From an uncultured Planctomycetaceae bacterium (GTDB lineage Bacteria > Planctomycetota > Planctomycetia > Planctomycetales > Planctomycetaceae), in NCBI GenBank assembly GCA_963815195.1, contig CAWFGE010000015.1, forward strand, positions 320,001 through 384,000: a DNA stretch of 64,000 bases. Direction: 5' to 3'. How positions within the stretch are numbered: the stretch's first letter is position 1; every line of letters starts with the position of its first letter. A program made the translations under genes and the position numbers. The notes beneath the pieces are model-generated. The model was not told where the DNA came from. It was given only the letters and a program-made list of their open reading frames with translations, and did not search any database. Positions 1 through 9,000 of this stretch are shown here, one piece after another.

Positions 1-512
1 CCTTCAAGTGCGAACGAAAACTCATCGAGCAGGCGTTTAGTCTCAACCACGCCGGCAAGTGTCTGACCACGATCCTCGACGATGCCCATCTGATGGACTT
101 GGCCAACCTGCGGAAGCTGCGGTTGCTCTTTGAGGACTTTCCGAAGAATCACAACCTCGTGTTGATCGGCCAGCCCAGCCTGCTCGCCAATTTGGACCTG
201 GGCGTCAATAGCGACATCAAAAGCCGCGTCACCTATTCGGTGATCACCAAACGGCTGAACCCCGACGACCTGCGGGAGTTCCTCCTTCGCGAACTCGACC
301 GCGTCGGCCTGGGACACAACACCTTGACAGCCCCGGCCATCGACCTCATCATCCGCTCGGCCGATGGCGTCCTCCGCAAAGCCCGAAACCTCTGCGTGGG
401 CAGCCTGATCGAAGCGGTCCGGTCAGGCGAGAAGACCATCGACATCGACAACGTCAACCGCGTCTTGCGGCAACCCCATTGGCAAAAGGAAAGCGACCTG
501 ACGGATTTTTGA
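1..512 (+). CDS. ExeA/TnsC-like AAA+ ATPase of a transposon (5' part outside the window)
   Basis: Frame is open from the window start. It contains a Walker B-like TILDDAHL, LVLIGQP and an ExeA-type C-terminus (GVLRKARNLC...IDIDNVNRVL). Confidence 0.75.
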   Translation, partial: FKCERKLIEQAFSLNHAGKCLTTILDDAHLMDLANLRKLRLLFEDFPKNHNLVLIGQPSLLANLDLGVNSDIKSRVTYSVITKRLNPDDLREFLLRELDRVGLGHNTLTAPAIDLIIRSADGVLRKARNLCVGSLIEAVRSGEKTIDIDNVNRVLRQPHWQKESDLTDF

Positions 513-580
513 TCTGCCCCGTGACCCATCCGTAAACCCAAACCCATCGGACTCTCCCACGCTCCGCCATCACGGATGGA

Positions 581-955
581 GTGTGGGAAAGTCGATCTCA
601 TCTCACCCTGGAACCCGCCATGATTCCCGCGAACTTGCTGCGTCGAATCCGCAACGATCTGCCCATGCCGGTGACGATCGCCGCCCTCGGCCCCGAGGCC
701 CCGCCGTTCAAACACGTTGAGGGCTACTTCCGATTCCTCTGCCCCAACTGCGGCGAGATGAAAGCCACTGTCAATCCCCGCACCAACTTGGCCCACTGCT
801 TCTGCTGCGGTGAGAACCTCAACAACATCGACCTCTTGATGCAGCTCGGTTACAACTTCCGCTCCGCCGTCGCCCTGCTGGAACAATGGCTGCTCCGCTA
901 CCAAACCCAACAAGCCAAAAAGACCAATCCGACCCCGCCCACCACGCCGAAGTAG
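581..955 (+). CDS. CHC2-type zinc-finger protein (transposon passenger), copy 1; start may be ATG at 620
   Basis: CPNC...AHCFCC...NNIDLL resembles primase CHC2 zinc-binding domains; near-identical copy at 1623-1991. Confidence 0.7.
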   Translation: MWESRSHLTLEPAMIPANLLRRIRNDLPMPVTIAALGPEAPPFKHVEGYFRFLCPNCGEMKATVNPRTNLAHCFCCGENLNNIDLLMQLGYNFRSAVALLEQWLLRYQTQQAKKTNPTPPTTPK

Positions 956-1227
956 CCGCCCACTCCCATCTCAACCCCATCGGCTCCCAGGCACCTCGGA
1001 CTGTGCCTCGACATTTACCTTCCATCACCCCCAATCATCCGCACCGCAAAATGCCCCTCCTCCAAAGCCATCGCACTCAACCAAGGAAGGCGAGAGGCAA
1101 ATTGACCGAAACCATCGCGCGCCCCCTCTCCAGAATTCCCAACAATTCGGCAAAACGACCGTTAGCAAGCCAAAATCGATACGGCCTTAATTTGGCAACG
1201 AATGCGATCAGAATTTGGACGGGCACA

Positions 1228-1566
1228 CCCAGCCTGCTCGCCGCTTTGGACCTGGGGGTCAATAGCGACATCAAAAGCCGCGTCACCTATTCGGTGATCA
1301 CGAAGCGCTTAAACCCCGACGACCTGCGCGAGTTCCTCCTGCGCGAGATCGACCGCGCCGGGCTGGGACACAACACCTTGACCGACCCGGCCATCGACCT
1401 CATCGTCCGCTCAGCCGACGGCGTCCTCCGCAAGGCAAGAAACCTCTGCGTCGGATGCCTGATCGAGGCGGTCCGTTCCGGCAACAAGACCATCGACATC
1501 GACAACGTCAACCGCGTCTTGCGGCAACCTCATTGGCAAAAGGAAAGCGACCTGACGGATTTCTGA
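1228..1566 (+). pseudogene. 3' fragment of second ExeA-like ATPase copy, interrupted by element copy 1
   Basis: Highly similar to 174-512; begins exactly at the terminal ACA of copy 1. Confidence 0.8.
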
Positions 1567-1622
1567 TCTGATCCGCGACCAATCCAACTCGAACTCTCCC
1601 ACGCTCCGCCATCACGGATGGG

Positions 1623-1991
1623 GTGTGGGAGAGTCGATCTCATCTCACCCCGGAGCACGCCATGATTCCCGCGAACTTGCTGCGTCGAATCCGCAACGAC
1701 CTGCCCATGCCGGTCACCATTGCCGCCCTCGGCAACGAGGCCCCGCCGTCCAAGTACAGTGAAGGCTACTTCCGATTCCTCTGTCCAAACTGCGGTGAGA
1801 TGAAAGCCACCGTCAACCCCCGCACCAACTTGGCCCATTGTTTCTGCTGCGGTGAGAACCTCAACAACATCGACCTCCTGATCCAACTCGGCTACAACTT
1901 CCGCTCCGCCGTCGTGCTCTTGGAACAATGGCTGCAACGTTACCAAACCCAACAAGCCCAAAAGCACAATCCGCCCACCGCGCCGAAATAG
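1623..1991 (+). CDS. CHC2-type zinc-finger protein, copy 2
   Basis: Paralog of 581-955 with the same Cys pattern. Confidence 0.7.
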   Translation: MWESRSHLTPEHAMIPANLLRRIRNDLPMPVTIAALGNEAPPSKYSEGYFRFLCPNCGEMKATVNPRTNLAHCFCCGENLNNIDLLIQLGYNFRSAVVLLEQWLQRYQTQQAQKHNPPTAPK

Positions 1992-2270
1992 CCGCCTGCG
2001 CAAATCTCAACCCCATCTCCCATCGACTCCAAGACATCGGTCGGACGACCCGGCGCTCACCTTCTCGCCGCGCTCAACGATCCACACCGAAAAATGCGCC
2101 TCGTCCCAAGCCATCGCGCTCAACCAAGGAAGGCGAGATGCCAATTGACCGAAACCATCGCGCGCCCCCTCTCCAAAATTCCCCACAATTCGGCAAAACG
2201 TCCATCAAGAAGCCAAAATCCCTACAGCCTGAATTCGGCAACGAATGCGATCACAATTCGGACGGGCACA

Positions 2271-2371
2271 GCTACCGCTTGGAAGAATCCCGCCAAAAAC
2301 GTGCCCGCCAAAAAGCCAAGCGAAGCCGCCGCCGCAAACGCCAGTAACCCCTGGCTGAACCGGACGCTTAC
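2271..2371 (+). mobile_element. Remnant IS 3' end: short C-terminal peptide (SYRLEESRQKR..., IstB-like tail) followed by an IS66-type terminus ...CCGGACGCTTAC
   Basis: Stop at 2347. The reverse complement of 2360-2371 is GTAAGCGTCCGG, the typical IS66 terminal motif. Family assignment is ambiguous. Confidence 0.45.
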
Positions 2372-2413
2372 GTTAATTCGGCAACGAATGCGATCACAAT
2401 TCGGACGGGCACA
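2372..2413 (+). repeat. Third isolated copy of the transposon terminal repeat (...TTCGGACGGGCACA)
   Basis: Near-identical to 2232-2270 and 1189-1227. Confidence 0.85.
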
Positions 2414-2610
2414 GGTCCCACCGAGAAAACGTCCACGGCCTTGGGATACTTTCAGCGGCTGTTTCTGATCGAAGACGAGCTTCTCGAACTCTCCGACGAA
2501 GACCGTCACGAGCAGCGGCAACTGCGTTCGCGGCCTTTGCTCGAAGACTTCAAAGCCTGGCTGGACGTGCAACTCGAATCGCTCAGGCCCAAACACGAAC
2601 TTCGGGCTGT
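2414..2610 (+). pseudogene. IS66 TnpC transposase internal fragment
   Basis: ALGYFQRLFLIEDE...RHEQRQLRSRPLLEDFKAWL...LRPK matches the conserved IS66 TnpC segment. Confidence 0.7.
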
Positions 2611-2643
2611 CAACGGTCACGCAGCAGTGACTTCTTCAACGAG

Positions 2644-4512
2644 TCATCGAAATGCCACGGAGACGGGTTCACTTAACGTTTGCTGAGAAATGACGATATT
2701 GGTCGCCTTCTTATATTCCATTGGATTAGCGGTCGCCGCTTGTTGAATTGAAGTTTCGACAATGTCTATTAGGAGTTTGCGGATGATGCGGCCGCCTTCT
2801 TGGCCGTTGACGTCTTCATTGAGTTGATGGCCACGTTGACCGACCCGTTGGATGAGTGTATCCGGTACAATAAGATTCTTCTCGCGTTTTCGTTTCCAAG
2901 TCATCTTCATCTTTTCGATTTGTAGCTGAGCGATGCCGATCATGGCGGCTTCGTTCAAAGGGCGGAATATCAGGATTCGTGAAATTCTCGCCAGGAATTG
3001 TGGCGCAAAAACCGGCTGGCTGGAGCGTTCGTGGCGGATGCGGGAGAGGGATTGTTTCACCCGGCTGATGATCTCCTCGTCGCTTTTGCCTTGTCGACTC
3101 ATTTGGGCGATTTGCTGGTCGCCCGCGTTGGTAGTCAGGATAAAAATCGCCCGGTCCGCGTGGGCCTTGACGCCGCGTTGATCAACCAGCCAGCCCTCAT
3201 CGAACAGGTTGAGGAACGGTTTCCAGACGTTGGGGTGGGCTTTTTCCGCTTCATCTAGCAAGAAAACTGAGTAGGGGTCCGCATTGAGTTCGTTGACCAG
3301 CCGACCGCCTTGGTCGTGGCCCACGTAACCCGGTGGCACGCCGATGATCCCTGAGACTGTATGTGGTTCGGTGAAGTTGCCCATCGAGTACACTTGTAAT
3401 CGCCCCGTGGCCGAGTACAACCGGGCCAAGGCTTTCGCCAGTTCCGTTTTGCCCACGCCCGTCATTCCGGCGAACAGGAGCACCGACGCCGGGCGGTCCG
3501 GTTCGGTCAGGCCGGCTTTGATCAGCTTGAGTTCGGTGGCCACGACCTCGACCGCCTCCGTTTGGCCCACGACCGAAGCTGTTAAAGCCGCTTCGTAATC
3601 TGTGCTTTTGGTCTCTCCCGAAAGGGTTTCTTTCGGAATCCCGGTACGGTCCGAGATTACTTGCAACAGATCTCTAACTTCAATCGCTTCCCGAACAATA
3701 TTCAACTGTTGTCGCTCAAAGCGAATATCTTCGCAAATCGTTTCGAGCACGCGGATTGACTTGGCGGGATGGCATTCATTCAGGATGAAACTTGACGACA
3801 GTGTCATAACTCGTTTTACGACATCATCATCGATTGCCACTTTATACTCTTGCGAAAGTAACCTCGCGTGATGCCGGGTAATCTCCAGTGCAAGATCTTC
3901 AGACGGTTCTTCGACTTCGATTTTGGTAAACTGGTCGAGCATTCCGGCATCGCCGCTGATCAGGTCATCATAGTCCCACTTATTCAGAATACCGACAACG
4001 TGGAGCCCCGGTCGTTCAGCCGCTGATCGTATCAGTGGCTTATTGCTGCCTCCTTGAGGCCTTCTCAGCAGTGCATCGAAACCATCGAGACAAAGGACGA
4101 CCTTTGAACTAGTTTCCCTGGCGACCTCGAGTATTGTCTCCAAACAGGCTCGGCTATCTTCGGGACCGACATTTTTGCAATCCATCCACAAGAACTGATG
4201 ATCCTTGAGAAACGGATAACCTCCCAATGCAACCCTCCGTGCGAATTCTCGGACAGTCGTTGTCTTCCCAACACCACGATTCCCCGTAATCAGTAAATGG
4301 GGGGCGGACCGATGGTGTAGCCCGCGGGCAAACGGTTTAAAAATCGGATCACATTGTCCGTCGGAAGGATAAGGTTCATTGAATTTCGTGGGAACAAGTT
4401 TGCCCGCATCAAGTGTCAGGTTTTGTAACGGCAGTATGTTGGCTAAGAACTGCCATGCGGTACCATAACGGGGTTCGTCAAAGGAGGCTGAATGAGGATT
4501 CGTTTGGGACAT
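2644..4512 (-). CDS. Clp/Hsp100-family double AAA+ ATPase (ClpA/ClpV-like), atypical
   Basis: NBD1 Walker A GNRGVGKTT with degenerate Walker B CLDGF. NBD2 GMTGVGKT, pore loop PPGYVG, Walker B FLLDEAEKAHP, IFILTTN. No Clp N-domain or ClpB coiled coil seen. Confidence 0.85.
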   Translation of the reverse strand: MSQTNPHSASFDEPRYGTAWQFLANILPLQNLTLDAGKLVPTKFNEPYPSDGQCDPIFKPFARGLHHRSAPHLLITGNRGVGKTTTVREFARRVALGGYPFLKDHQFLWMDCKNVGPEDSRACLETILEVARETSSKVVLCLDGFDALLRRPQGGSNKPLIRSAAERPGLHVVGILNKWDYDDLISGDAGMLDQFTKIEVEEPSEDLALEITRHHARLLSQEYKVAIDDDVVKRVMTLSSSFILNECHPAKSIRVLETICEDIRFERQQLNIVREAIEVRDLLQVISDRTGIPKETLSGETKSTDYEAALTASVVGQTEAVEVVATELKLIKAGLTEPDRPASVLLFAGMTGVGKTELAKALARLYSATGRLQVYSMGNFTEPHTVSGIIGVPPGYVGHDQGGRLVNELNADPYSVFLLDEAEKAHPNVWKPFLNLFDEGWLVDQRGVKAHADRAIFILTTNAGDQQIAQMSRQGKSDEEIISRVKQSLSRIRHERSSQPVFAPQFLARISRILIFRPLNEAAMIGIAQLQIEKMKMTWKRKREKNLIVPDTLIQRVGQRGHQLNEDVNGQEGGRIIRKLLIDIVETSIQQAATANPMEYKKATNIVISQQTLSEPVSVAFR

Positions 4513-4643
4513 AGTAAAAACGACCTGTGCTGCTTATCGATATCTAACCTGCTCCAGGAATTTCAACCAAGGACAATGAGGGTTTAGGTGATTTGCGATC
4601 AGCATGGTCGAGATCCATCCAAACCCGACTTCCACGCTCGTTT

Positions 4644-6008
4644 TCAATAGATCCCACACTCAGGCAACAACTTTTGCAGTCGTTCACGACTACTCAGGGA
4701 AATATTGGTTCGTCCAAGATAGAGTTCTCGCAGAGTCGTCATGGTGGCCAGATCATCAATGCACTTATCTGTTACCTTGTTGCCCCATAGACTGAGGGTC
4801 TTCAGGTTTTTGAGCTTTGCAATGTGCTTCACCCCGGCATCCGAAATCGAGACACGTGGAATCCAAAGGTTAGAAAGATGTTGCAGTTTGCCGATGCCCT
4901 CAAAACTGTCATCAGTCAACTCTTTACAGGATCCTAGACTGAGAGATTGCAATTCTCGCAAATTCGACAGCGGGGGTAAATTAGTCAACCGCGTACACCC
5001 CGTGAGGTTTAGGGTCCTCAACTGCGGGAGTTTCGCCAGCGATCGCATATCGGAAAGTCGTTCGCATTCTGTTAATTTGAGGGTCCTTAATTGCTGAAGA
5101 TTGGCCAGCGAATGCAACCCATCGTTGGTGACCTTTGCCGCGCCAATGTCCAAATGACGCAGTTTCTCGAGACGGCCAATGCCTTTGAGACCATGGTCCG
5201 ACAGTTGGCTACAGTTGATTTCGAGCGTTTTCAAGTTGGGCAGATTCCCAAGTTTGGAAATTCCCTCATCAGTACACCTGAGAATGCCTGGAATTTTAAG
5301 TATTCTTAGGCCATCTAACTTGGCAACGCACGCCAAGCCTTCGTCGTTGACACTCTCAGGCAAAATCAGAATCGAAAGCTTTTGGAACTTCTGAGCGTCT
5401 GCGAACCCTGTTCCTTTCACCAAATACTGCCCAGACCCCAGGTCTAACGCTTTGAGATTTTTCAATTCCCCAAGTTTGGAAATTCCCTCGTCGGTCACAC
5501 GAGAATAATCCAAATCCAACGATTCTAGGGACTTCAGCGTGGCCAGACCGGTCATGTGGTGATCTTCCAGATACGCTTGGATTCGAAGATGTTTCAGGTT
5601 TTTGAACTGCCAGACTTGCTCAATGATTTTCTTGCCGGACTGCCCTCCCAAGTCCAACGACAAATTCGTTAAGTTCTCAAGATGCAGAAACGGTGTGAGA
5701 TCCGCCCCAGTGGGGGTCGGGTTAACCGGGAGATTGGAATAAAACATCTCTCGACTCAGGGTTAGTCCGCACGGAACTGGAATGCTAGGCAATTTGCGTG
5801 TAGGAGCGCTGCTGAAATGAAATCCTGGCACTTGACCGGGAAGATCGGAGTCTACTCCAACCCCATTCCAACCTCGGACCATTCGCGGAATCCCCCCGGC
5901 TTCCACATATTCTTGAGTGATTTCCTTGCCAATGGAATCCTCTGCGTCGGCCGAATTACCAATAAGCGCAATAATGGAAAAACAAGCGAAAAAACGAAGA
6001 GTCAACAT
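4644..6008 (-). CDS. Secreted leucine-rich-repeat protein (Planctomycete-type LRR), candidate Rhs immunity/partner protein
   Basis: ATG at 6008 with upstream AAGGAG. Signal peptide MLTLRFFACFSIIALIGNSADA, then repeated LxxLxxLxLxxxxVTDxGL units. Lies 41 bp downstream of the Rhs stop. Confidence 0.85.
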   Translation of the reverse strand: MLTLRFFACFSIIALIGNSADAEDSIGKEITQEYVEAGGIPRMVRGWNGVGVDSDLPGQVPGFHFSSAPTRKLPSIPVPCGLTLSREMFYSNLPVNPTPTGADLTPFLHLENLTNLSLDLGGQSGKKIIEQVWQFKNLKHLRIQAYLEDHHMTGLATLKSLESLDLDYSRVTDEGISKLGELKNLKALDLGSGQYLVKGTGFADAQKFQKLSILILPESVNDEGLACVAKLDGLRILKIPGILRCTDEGISKLGNLPNLKTLEINCSQLSDHGLKGIGRLEKLRHLDIGAAKVTNDGLHSLANLQQLRTLKLTECERLSDMRSLAKLPQLRTLNLTGCTRLTNLPPLSNLRELQSLSLGSCKELTDDSFEGIGKLQHLSNLWIPRVSISDAGVKHIAKLKNLKTLSLWGNKVTDKCIDDLATMTTLRELYLGRTNISLSSRERLQKLLPECGIY

Positions 6009-6049
6009 CTCAAAAAGTCTCCTTTCCAACAATGTCCCCCCGATGGTTT

Positions 6050-9000
6050 TTAAGGTGAACAGGGGGGGCCAAGTGGTCTCTCTGCTACGGCGGGGGGAAT
6101 CTCGGGTTGCGGGAACACGATCGGTCTCTGTGCTATGGCCGGAGGGGGGCCTTGGAGTTTGATTTCATATCTGTAAAACTGCCGCGCGTCTTGAGGGTTT
6201 AAGGCACTTGGGCCTATAACCCTGTCAACCGTTGCATAGAGACCGTTAGCACTACTATTAATCTGCCTCGTGATTTGGCATATAATATGACCTCTGCTCG
6301 TTCTATCGCACCGGTTATTTTCAGGAGGTGGATAAAGGACATATACGCTGGTCGTATCAATCCCATTTGGATCCTGACTTAAGATACGTATTACTATGTT
6401 GGTAAAGACCGATACTGGTACTCCTTCAGAGCCAATCGATCTTTCAATGTAGAGGATGTCGATGTTTGCTCCACAGACGGCTTCCGGCAACTTGTCTAGA
6501 TCGTCGTTGTTACCTTTGTAAAACCTCGGGATTAGCTCACCTTGCGGATCGGTAGATGTTTTAGTACCCAGTCGAATGTTGAGGTTAATTGCATCTAAGT
6601 GTTTTCCCTCGCCGCCAATATCCACTTTAACCGGTTTTAGTGTATAGCCCGACTCATCCATTTCCGCTTGCCAAGCCTTTTTGATACACTTGAGTGTATC
6701 TTTTCCAATAGCAGCTTCTTCCCCGCTTGGAGTGATTATATTTGATTCCCAACACTCATACGTTGTCGCTCCCGAGGCACGCATGAATTTATTATACGGC
6801 TCAGTAAAGGGGTAATGTGCTCTTGCGTAATCGGACAGTAGTATGGCATCCCTCTCATCTGTGTGAATATACCACCATCCACAACACTCCTTCTTGAACA
6901 CATGCTGGAACTGTTCGCGGCAATCTTCACGCAGCCTTCCCTTGAAATCCTTGAGTTTCTCTTCGAAATCTTCTGCTTCATCCTTGTCTTTGGTGACAAA
7001 GATGTTCCCGCTCGGGTCGATTAAGTTAATCGGGTTATTGGCCACATACCGATAGAGATTCTCTTCATCAGCCCGAATAGGATCTTCGCTGAGAAATCGG
7101 CCCGTTTCCGAGCAAAGTGGACGGGCTCGCAAGAGATAAAGACCACTTTCGGCATCGTGGTAATACCCCATTTCACCAACCCACTGATAAACATTCTCGG
7201 TGCTGCCACTCGATGTCGCCGGCTCGCCGAAGGCGTAGTACGAGTACTCGTCCGTTGCAACTTCGGCTGTATCGGTCAGACTGCGTGTGCTGCCCAGCGC
7301 GTCGTAGTGGTAGTAGCTGGATTCCGTGTCGCGTTTTTGGGAAATGAGATTCCCATAGGCTGCCGGCTCCAAAGTGTATTCGGCATTCGGCAAACCGCCG
7401 TCATCCAATTCCGCGATAATACGGTCTTCATCCCAGACAAATCGGACGAATGCCGTGCCGTCATCCTTGGTGATCCTCTGCTCGGTGTCATCGCGTTTGA
7501 CCAACGCATACGTGTATGTAACTGATTCAGCCGTTGGCTGTTCGACACCGATCAACTTGTTTTCATACGACCAAATTTGCGTTGTCAGGTCACCGTTTGG
7601 TTGTTCGACACTTAGTTGATTGCCGTCGGCATCGTAGCTGAAAGTGGTGAGGGCGCCTATGGAGTCCTGGGTGGCCTTCAGCTGATTCGCCACGTCATAG
7701 GTATACGTCGTCGTAGAACCGTCTTCGACTTTCGTCAATCGATTGCCGACGGGATCATACACGAAAGTATGAGCGTAGGCGTTTATCCCACTTCGCTTCT
7801 CCGTCAGGAGTTGATACGTATCATCGTAGGTCCACGTCACCCGATCGCCATCGGCTTCGACAACACTGGTCCGATTTCCAGCGGCGTTATAGGCGTACCT
7901 AAATGACGAAACAACCGTCAAATCAGCCTTGAAATCGGTCAGGAATGTGAGTTTGCCAGCGGCATTGTAAGTGTATGATGCGCGTGTGCCGTTGGCAAGC
8001 TGTTTCATCGTGCGCCGTCCGGCAGCGTCGTAGCTGTAGGTGGTGAGGTCACCATCGGGGTTGATGAGCGAGTTGATTCTGTCTGCATCGTCGTACGTGT
8101 AGGTCGTCAACCCGCCTTCGGTGTCTGTCAGGGCTCGACGCCGTCCAGCGGCGTCGTAGCTGAATGTGAGAATGCCTGCATTGGGTTCGCTGACCGTCAC
8201 AACGCGGTTGAGGTCGTCGAACGTGCGCGTCCAGTTACCATCGGCTTGGGCAACCGAGGTCGGGTTGCCGTTGGCGTCGTATGTCCACGTGATTCGACTT
8301 GCATCCGGATAGAGCCGCTGTTTGACTCGACCGGCCCCGTCGTATGTGTATGTCGTGCGGTTGCCGCGGGCATCGATCCGCAAAGTCGCGCGTCCAGCGG
8401 CGTCGTAACCGATGGTAACTATGTTGCCCAAGGGATTGATGGTGTGGATTGGGCGTCCAGCGGCGTCGTAAACTGTCGTGGTGCGCTGATCGATGGCGTT
8501 CACGGCAGAAATCAGCCTACCGGCGTCATCATAAAGGGTGGTAGTCCGGTTTGTCAGCGCATCGACTGTTACAATTGTTCTCCCGGATGCATCGTAAACT
8601 GTGGTGGATCGGTTCGCCAACGGATCAACGGAGGCGAGCACACGGCCGGCCAAGTCGTAGACAGTCGTTGTTCGCTCCCCCAAGGGGTTGACGTTTGCAA
8701 TCGACTGCCCAGCCGCGTCATAGAGGAAGGTTGTCCGGTGGGTAAGTGGGTCGATCCTTGCAATCGTTCGGCTCGCGTTGTCGTAAACGGTGGTCGTAAT
8801 CTCCGAGAGCGGGTTTATCGAGGCAATGCCACGTCCGTTAGCGTCATAGGTTGTCGAATTACGCAGACCAAGTGGGTCAATCGTGGCGATCTGTCGTCCC
8901 GCGTCATCGTAAATTGTTGTTGTGGTTTCACTGAGCGGATTGATCTCGGCTACGACCCTGCCTGTAGCGTCGTAACTCGTCGTGTGCCGCAGAGCAAGCG

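Larger units (their letters stand above)
1..1227 (+). mobile_element. Right part of an ATPase+CHC2 transposon (Mu/IS21/Tn552-like ...ACA end), copy 1
   Basis: Ends in AATTTGGCAACGAATGCGATCAGAATTTGGACGGGCACA at 1227. The next bases resume mid-gene in a second ATPase copy (CCCAGCCTGCTCGCC, equivalent to position 174). Confidence 0.75.
1228..2270 (+). mobile_element. Right part of ATPase+CHC2 transposon, copy 2
   Basis: Same gene order as copy 1; terminal AATTCGGCAACGAATGCGATCACAATTCGGACGGGCACA ends at 2270. Confidence 0.75.

Noticed and set aside
886..1227. N-terminal part of the 226-aa ORF as a novel ATPase fusion
   Set aside because: It is read-through of non-coding transposon end sequence into the interrupted ATPase fragment.
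93..2270. Diversity-generating retroelement template/variable repeat pair
   Set aside because: The duplication spans whole genes and transposon ends, differences are not adenine-specific by eye, and no reverse transcriptase is present.
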